This document shows, piece by piece, positions 60,571-64,000 of a stretch of DNA of 64,000 bases (position 1 is the stretch's first letter; each line of letters begins with the position of its first letter). The DNA is from an uncultured delta proteobacterium (GTDB lineage: Bacteria; Desulfobacterota; Binatia; Binatales; Binataceae), in assembly GCA_963765675.1 (NCBI GenBank), contig CAVXXK010000006.1:288001-352000 (forward strand), read 5' to 3'. Below the pieces are notes generated by a model. The model did not search any database and had not been told where the DNA came from. It saw only the letters and a list, made by a program, of their open reading frames with translations. The translations under genes were made by a program, and so were the position numbers.

Positions 60571-61281
60571 ATGGCTAAGATCATAGTCTTGCAGCATCAT
60601 CCGGCCGAAAATCTCGGCGCGATCGCGGGCGCGCTCGAAAGCGCCGCGCTCGCCTGGCAGTACGTGCGAATCCATGACGGTCATCCGGTCCCGAAAGACA
60701 TGAAGGGCGCAGGCGGGCTGATCGTTATGGGCGGCCCGATGTCCGTGTATCAGACCGACCGGTATCCGTTTCTACTCCACGAAATGAAGCTGATCGAAGA
60801 CGCGATCAAGCAGGGGCGTCCGGTTCTCGGCATCTGCCTCGGCGCGCAGATCGTGGCGGCGGCGCTGGGTGCGAAGGTCGCGAAGAATCCGGCAGGAAAA
60901 GAAATCGGATGGTTCCCCGTCCGGCTGTCGGCGGCGGCGCGCGAGGGTCCATTGTTTCACGGTGTCGCGGAAACCTTCACGCCGTTTCATTGGCATGGCG
61001 ATCACTTCGAGCCTCCAAACAGCGCGATCTCGCTCGCATCGTCGGAGAAAACGCCATGCCAGGCGTTCCGCTACGGCGAAAAAACCTGGGCGCTCCAATT
61101 TCATCTGGAAGTGACGCGGGACGGAATCGAGAACATGTCCAACGCTTTTGCCCGCGAACTCGAGCGGGAGAAAATCCAGCCGAACGCGATGCTGGCACAA
61201 TCGGACCAGCACCTGTCGGCCCTCGAAACGATCGGCGACACAATCTTCACCCGCTGGGCCGCCCCAATTCAAGGCACTTAG
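60571..61281 (+). CDS. Type 1 glutamine amidotransferase family
   Basis: GGPMS, GICLGAQ, QFHLE. Confidence 0.9.
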   Translation: MAKIIVLQHHPAENLGAIAGALESAALAWQYVRIHDGHPVPKDMKGAGGLIVMGGPMSVYQTDRYPFLLHEMKLIEDAIKQGRPVLGICLGAQIVAAALGAKVAKNPAGKEIGWFPVRLSAAAREGPLFHGVAETFTPFHWHGDHFEPPNSAISLASSEKTPCQAFRYGEKTWALQFHLEVTRDGIENMSNAFARELEREKIQPNAMLAQSDQHLSALETIGDTIFTRWAAPIQGT

Positions 61282-61304
61282 CGCGCCGCCGCTTCTGTCA
61301 AATT

Positions 61305-61377
61305 CCCTCTCCTCCGGGAGAGGGCAAGCGGCGGCGATTGCTTCTTTCAGCAATCGCCGTGACGCGCGGGTGAGGGC
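61305..61377. repeat. CCCTCTCC..GGGAGAGGG..GGGTGAGGG REP-like element
   Basis: Near-identical reverse complement of 38528-38603; between convergent genes. Confidence 0.8.
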
Positions 61378-61410
61378 GGCCTTGCTCGATAGCGGATCGT
61401 TTCGACCTCT

Positions 61411-62670
61411 TTATCTGGATTCCGAGACCGCCGAGGCACCCGCGCTGGCGCGCTGGGGCGTGAAGCGCACAGGCATGTGCTTGATGCCGGCGACGAAGTT
61501 CGAGCGCAGCCGCTCGACCGGCCCCGCGAGTTCCAGGTCGGGCATCCGCCGGTTGATCGCTTCAATCATTACCTTGAGTTCGATCCGCGCGAGGTTCGCG
61601 CCCAGGCAGAAATGCTCGCCGTGGCCGAACGCCAGGTGATCATTCGGCGTCCGCGTCAGGTCGAACGCGTCAGGATTCGGAAACGCCGCGGCGTCGCGGT
61701 TTGCCGACGCGTTCCAGATTACGACGCGGTCGCCATTCTTGATCTTCTGCCCGCGCAGCTCGCCGTCCTTCTTCGCGGTGCGCAGGATGTGTGTGACCGG
61801 ACTGGTGTAGCGGAGAAATTCCTCGATCGCGGTCGCGGTGATATCCGGGTTGCGGCGCAGCAGCGCGCGCTGATCCGGGTTTTCCAGAATTGCCAGCATC
61901 CCGCCCGAGGTCGCGTTGCGCGTCGTCTCCTGGCCGGCGACCAGCAGCAGCAGGCAGTTGAATAGGATCTCCATGTCGTTCAGGCGGTCGCCCTCGGCTT
62001 CGCCGCTTACCAGCGCGGTCAGCAAATCCTCGCCGGGATTTTTGCGCCGCTCTTCGATCAGCTTCGAGAAGAAGCTGAAGAACTGCATCTGCGCGTACTG
62101 CCCGGTCTCGATCGCGCTGCGGCCTTGCTGATACTCGGGATCCTCGAATCCGATCGACATGTTGGCGAGCGTGAACATAAGATCGTAATGCTCGCGATCC
62201 ACGCCCATCATCTCGCAGATCACGGCGGTCGGCAGCTTCGCCGCCACGTCGACCACGAAATCGCATTCGCCGCGCTCGATCACGCCGTCGATTATTTCCT
62301 CGCAGAGGCGGCGCACCTGCACCTCGTACGGCGCGAGCGCCTTGGGTGTAAAGCGGCGGTTTACGATCTGGCGCAGCTTGCCATGACGCGGAGGATCGGT
62401 CGTCAGCAGCATCATGCCGAAGCCGGACTGCGCCCCCGCGTCGGCGTTGAAGTTGAATTGCAGCGACATCCCGCGCTCGGAGCTGTAGGTATTCGGATCG
62501 TGATAGACCTTCAGGCTGTCGTCATAGCGAGCGACCGACCAGAAACCTTGTCCCGCGGCGCGCTCGTGCCAATAGACAGGAGCCTCGGCGCGCAGCACCT
62601 TGAATGCCTCGAGATGCTCTCCGCGCAGGAACATTTCGTTATCCATCAGGTCGATATCTTGAAGCTTCAT
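61411..62670 (-). CDS. Cytochrome P450
   Basis: AGQETT, EFLR, FGHGEHFCLG heme motif. Confidence 0.96.
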   Translation of the reverse strand: MKLQDIDLMDNEMFLRGEHLEAFKVLRAEAPVYWHERAAGQGFWSVARYDDSLKVYHDPNTYSSERGMSLQFNFNADAGAQSGFGMMLLTTDPPRHGKLRQIVNRRFTPKALAPYEVQVRRLCEEIIDGVIERGECDFVVDVAAKLPTAVICEMMGVDREHYDLMFTLANMSIGFEDPEYQQGRSAIETGQYAQMQFFSFFSKLIEERRKNPGEDLLTALVSGEAEGDRLNDMEILFNCLLLLVAGQETTRNATSGGMLAILENPDQRALLRRNPDITATAIEEFLRYTSPVTHILRTAKKDGELRGQKIKNGDRVVIWNASANRDAAAFPNPDAFDLTRTPNDHLAFGHGEHFCLGANLARIELKVMIEAINRRMPDLELAGPVERLRSNFVAGIKHMPVRFTPQRASAGASAVSESR

Positions 62671-62760
62671 GGTGCGGCCTCCGGCGCGAACGCGCTTTCG
62701 CGAGATCGAAATTGTAGGGAATTTCGCGCGCGGTGACTAACGACTGAACCGCGAAAATAG

Positions 62761-63342
62761 TCAGTGCCGGAAGGCCTCGATTTCGAGCAACCGGCGCTTG
62801 GCCTCAAGTCCCCAGCGGTAGTTGTGCAGCGCGCCATCAAAGGCGACAGCGCGATGGCACGGAATCAGGATCGAGACCGGGTTCGCTCCGACCGCGGCGC
62901 CAGTTGCGCGGGCCGCAGCGGGATTGCCAACGCGCCGTGCGACTTCGCCGTAGGTGCGAGTGGTGCCTGCAGGAATAGCGACCAGCTCGCGCCAGACACG
63001 GAGCTGAAATTCAGTGCCGCGAATATCGAGCGGGAGCGCCGGCATCGCGGTTTCGCCCGCCGCGTATTTCGCCAGGCCAGCGGCCCAATCCGCCACGACG
63101 CCATCGGCGCGGCTGATCGACGCGGCGTCGCGAAAATCGCGTCGCAATTCCGCAATCAGATAGTCGTCACCGCGATCGCTCGTGCGCTCCGCGCCGATCG
63201 CGGCAAAGCAGATGCCGCGGCGCGTGCCCGCGACCAGAATTCGTCCGAGAGGAGAATCCGTGATCGCGAAACCAATCTGCGCACCACGTCCGTGCGCGCC
63301 GTATTCCGACGTTGATAGGAGTTGAGAAGTTGTTGTCGTCAT
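62761..63342 (-). CDS. ogt: Methylated-DNA-protein-cysteine methyltransferase
   Basis: GTEFQ..VW..L..IP.G.T.TY, IPCHR. Confidence 0.92.
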   Translation of the reverse strand: MTTTTSQLLSTSEYGAHGRGAQIGFAITDSPLGRILVAGTRRGICFAAIGAERTSDRGDDYLIAELRRDFRDAASISRADGVVADWAAGLAKYAAGETAMPALPLDIRGTEFQLRVWRELVAIPAGTTRTYGEVARRVGNPAAARATGAAVGANPVSILIPCHRAVAFDGALHNYRWGLEAKRRLLEIEAFRH

Positions 63343-63410
63343 GACGGGGTATAACCCCGCGCTCACGCGATCGTGAGAGCTCGCCAATCCGAATTTTCTG
63401 GCATCGGAGT

Positions 63411-64000
63411 TCAGCCCTTGGGTAGTTTGAGGACTCGCTCGCCGATGATGTTGTGCTGAATCTCGCTCGAACCGGCCGCGATCGTCAGGCCGCGCGCAGC
63501 CAGCAATCGATGCGCCCACTTGCCGTGCTCGATCGCGTCCTTGCCGCCTTCGAGCGCGGCATACGGACCGAGCAATTCATCGGCGAACATCGCGACGCGC
63601 AAATTCAGCTCGGTCGCGAATAGCTTTCCGAACGAGCTCTCTGGTCCCGGCACGCGTCCGCGCAACTGCGCGCTGAGCGAGCGATAACGCGACAGCCGGA
63701 GGCATCGCGAGTCGCTCGAAAACTGCGCCAGCCGCTGCCTGACATACGGATGCTCTCGCGCGGGGACGCCCTGGAAATCTACCTTCTTCGCCAGCTCGAC
63801 CAGCTCATTGATCGTGCGTTCGATCGGATGGCGCGTGCCGCCGGAGACACGCTCGTACATCAGCGTCGCGATCGAGACCTGCCATCCCTGGTTGATCTCA
63901 CCGACCAGGTTTTCTTTCGGCACTTTCACGTTGTCGTAAAATACTTCGTTGAACCCCGACTCGCCGGTTATCTGCACCAGCGGACGAACCGTGATTCCGG
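63411..64000 (-). CDS. Acyl-CoA dehydrogenase, C-terminal part; runs off the window end
   Basis: FNEVFYDNV, GWQV..TLMYER, TIAAGSSEIQHNII. Confidence 0.92.
   Translation of the reverse strand, partial: GITVRPLVQITGESGFNEVFYDNVKVPKENLVGEINQGWQVSIATLMYERVSGGTRHPIERTINELVELAKKVDFQGVPAREHPYVRQRLAQFSSDSRCLRLSRYRSLSAQLRGRVPGPESSFGKLFATELNLRVAMFADELLGPYAALEGGKDAIEHGKWAHRLLAARGLTIAAGSSEIQHNIIGERVLKLPKG

Noticed and set aside
1-64000. tRNA, rRNA, integrase, transposase or prophage genes
   Set aside because: None recognised by eye; a tRNAscan/Infernal run would be needed to exclude small RNAs

Overview
GC-rich, gene-dense bacterial core-genome window with about 65 protein genes and no recognisable rRNA, tRNA, CRISPR array, prophage or transposase. 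The gene content (many acyl-CoA enzymes, an LLM oxidoreductase, a P450, a deltaproteobacterial-type gspE-N cluster) suggests a Candidatus Binatota-like organism; this is inference only. Main blocks: B12-dependent acyl-CoA mutase and CoA catabolism; a heterodimeric ABC exporter; a secreted protein with 11 tandem ~31-aa repeats (~21% Trp) and a Gln-rich tail, convergent with a type II secretion operon (gspEFGHIJKLMN, no gspC/D); a thrB-metF-folE-rpiA-glycerate kinase-IDH-glpD run; hisI-hisG-nth; a gapped yceD-rpmF-plsX-fabD-acpP-nrdR-ribD-ribBA-nusB-holA superoperon; a GT-C/PMT glycosylation cluster; and yebC-ruvCAB. The best candidates for new biology are the Trp-repeat protein, a RibBA whose DHBP-synthase half looks dead with no ribE/ribH nearby (possibly supplying F420 precursor), and the GT-C cluster. 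Three families of intergenic palindromic REP-like elements occur. About six small frameshifts probably reflect sequencing error.
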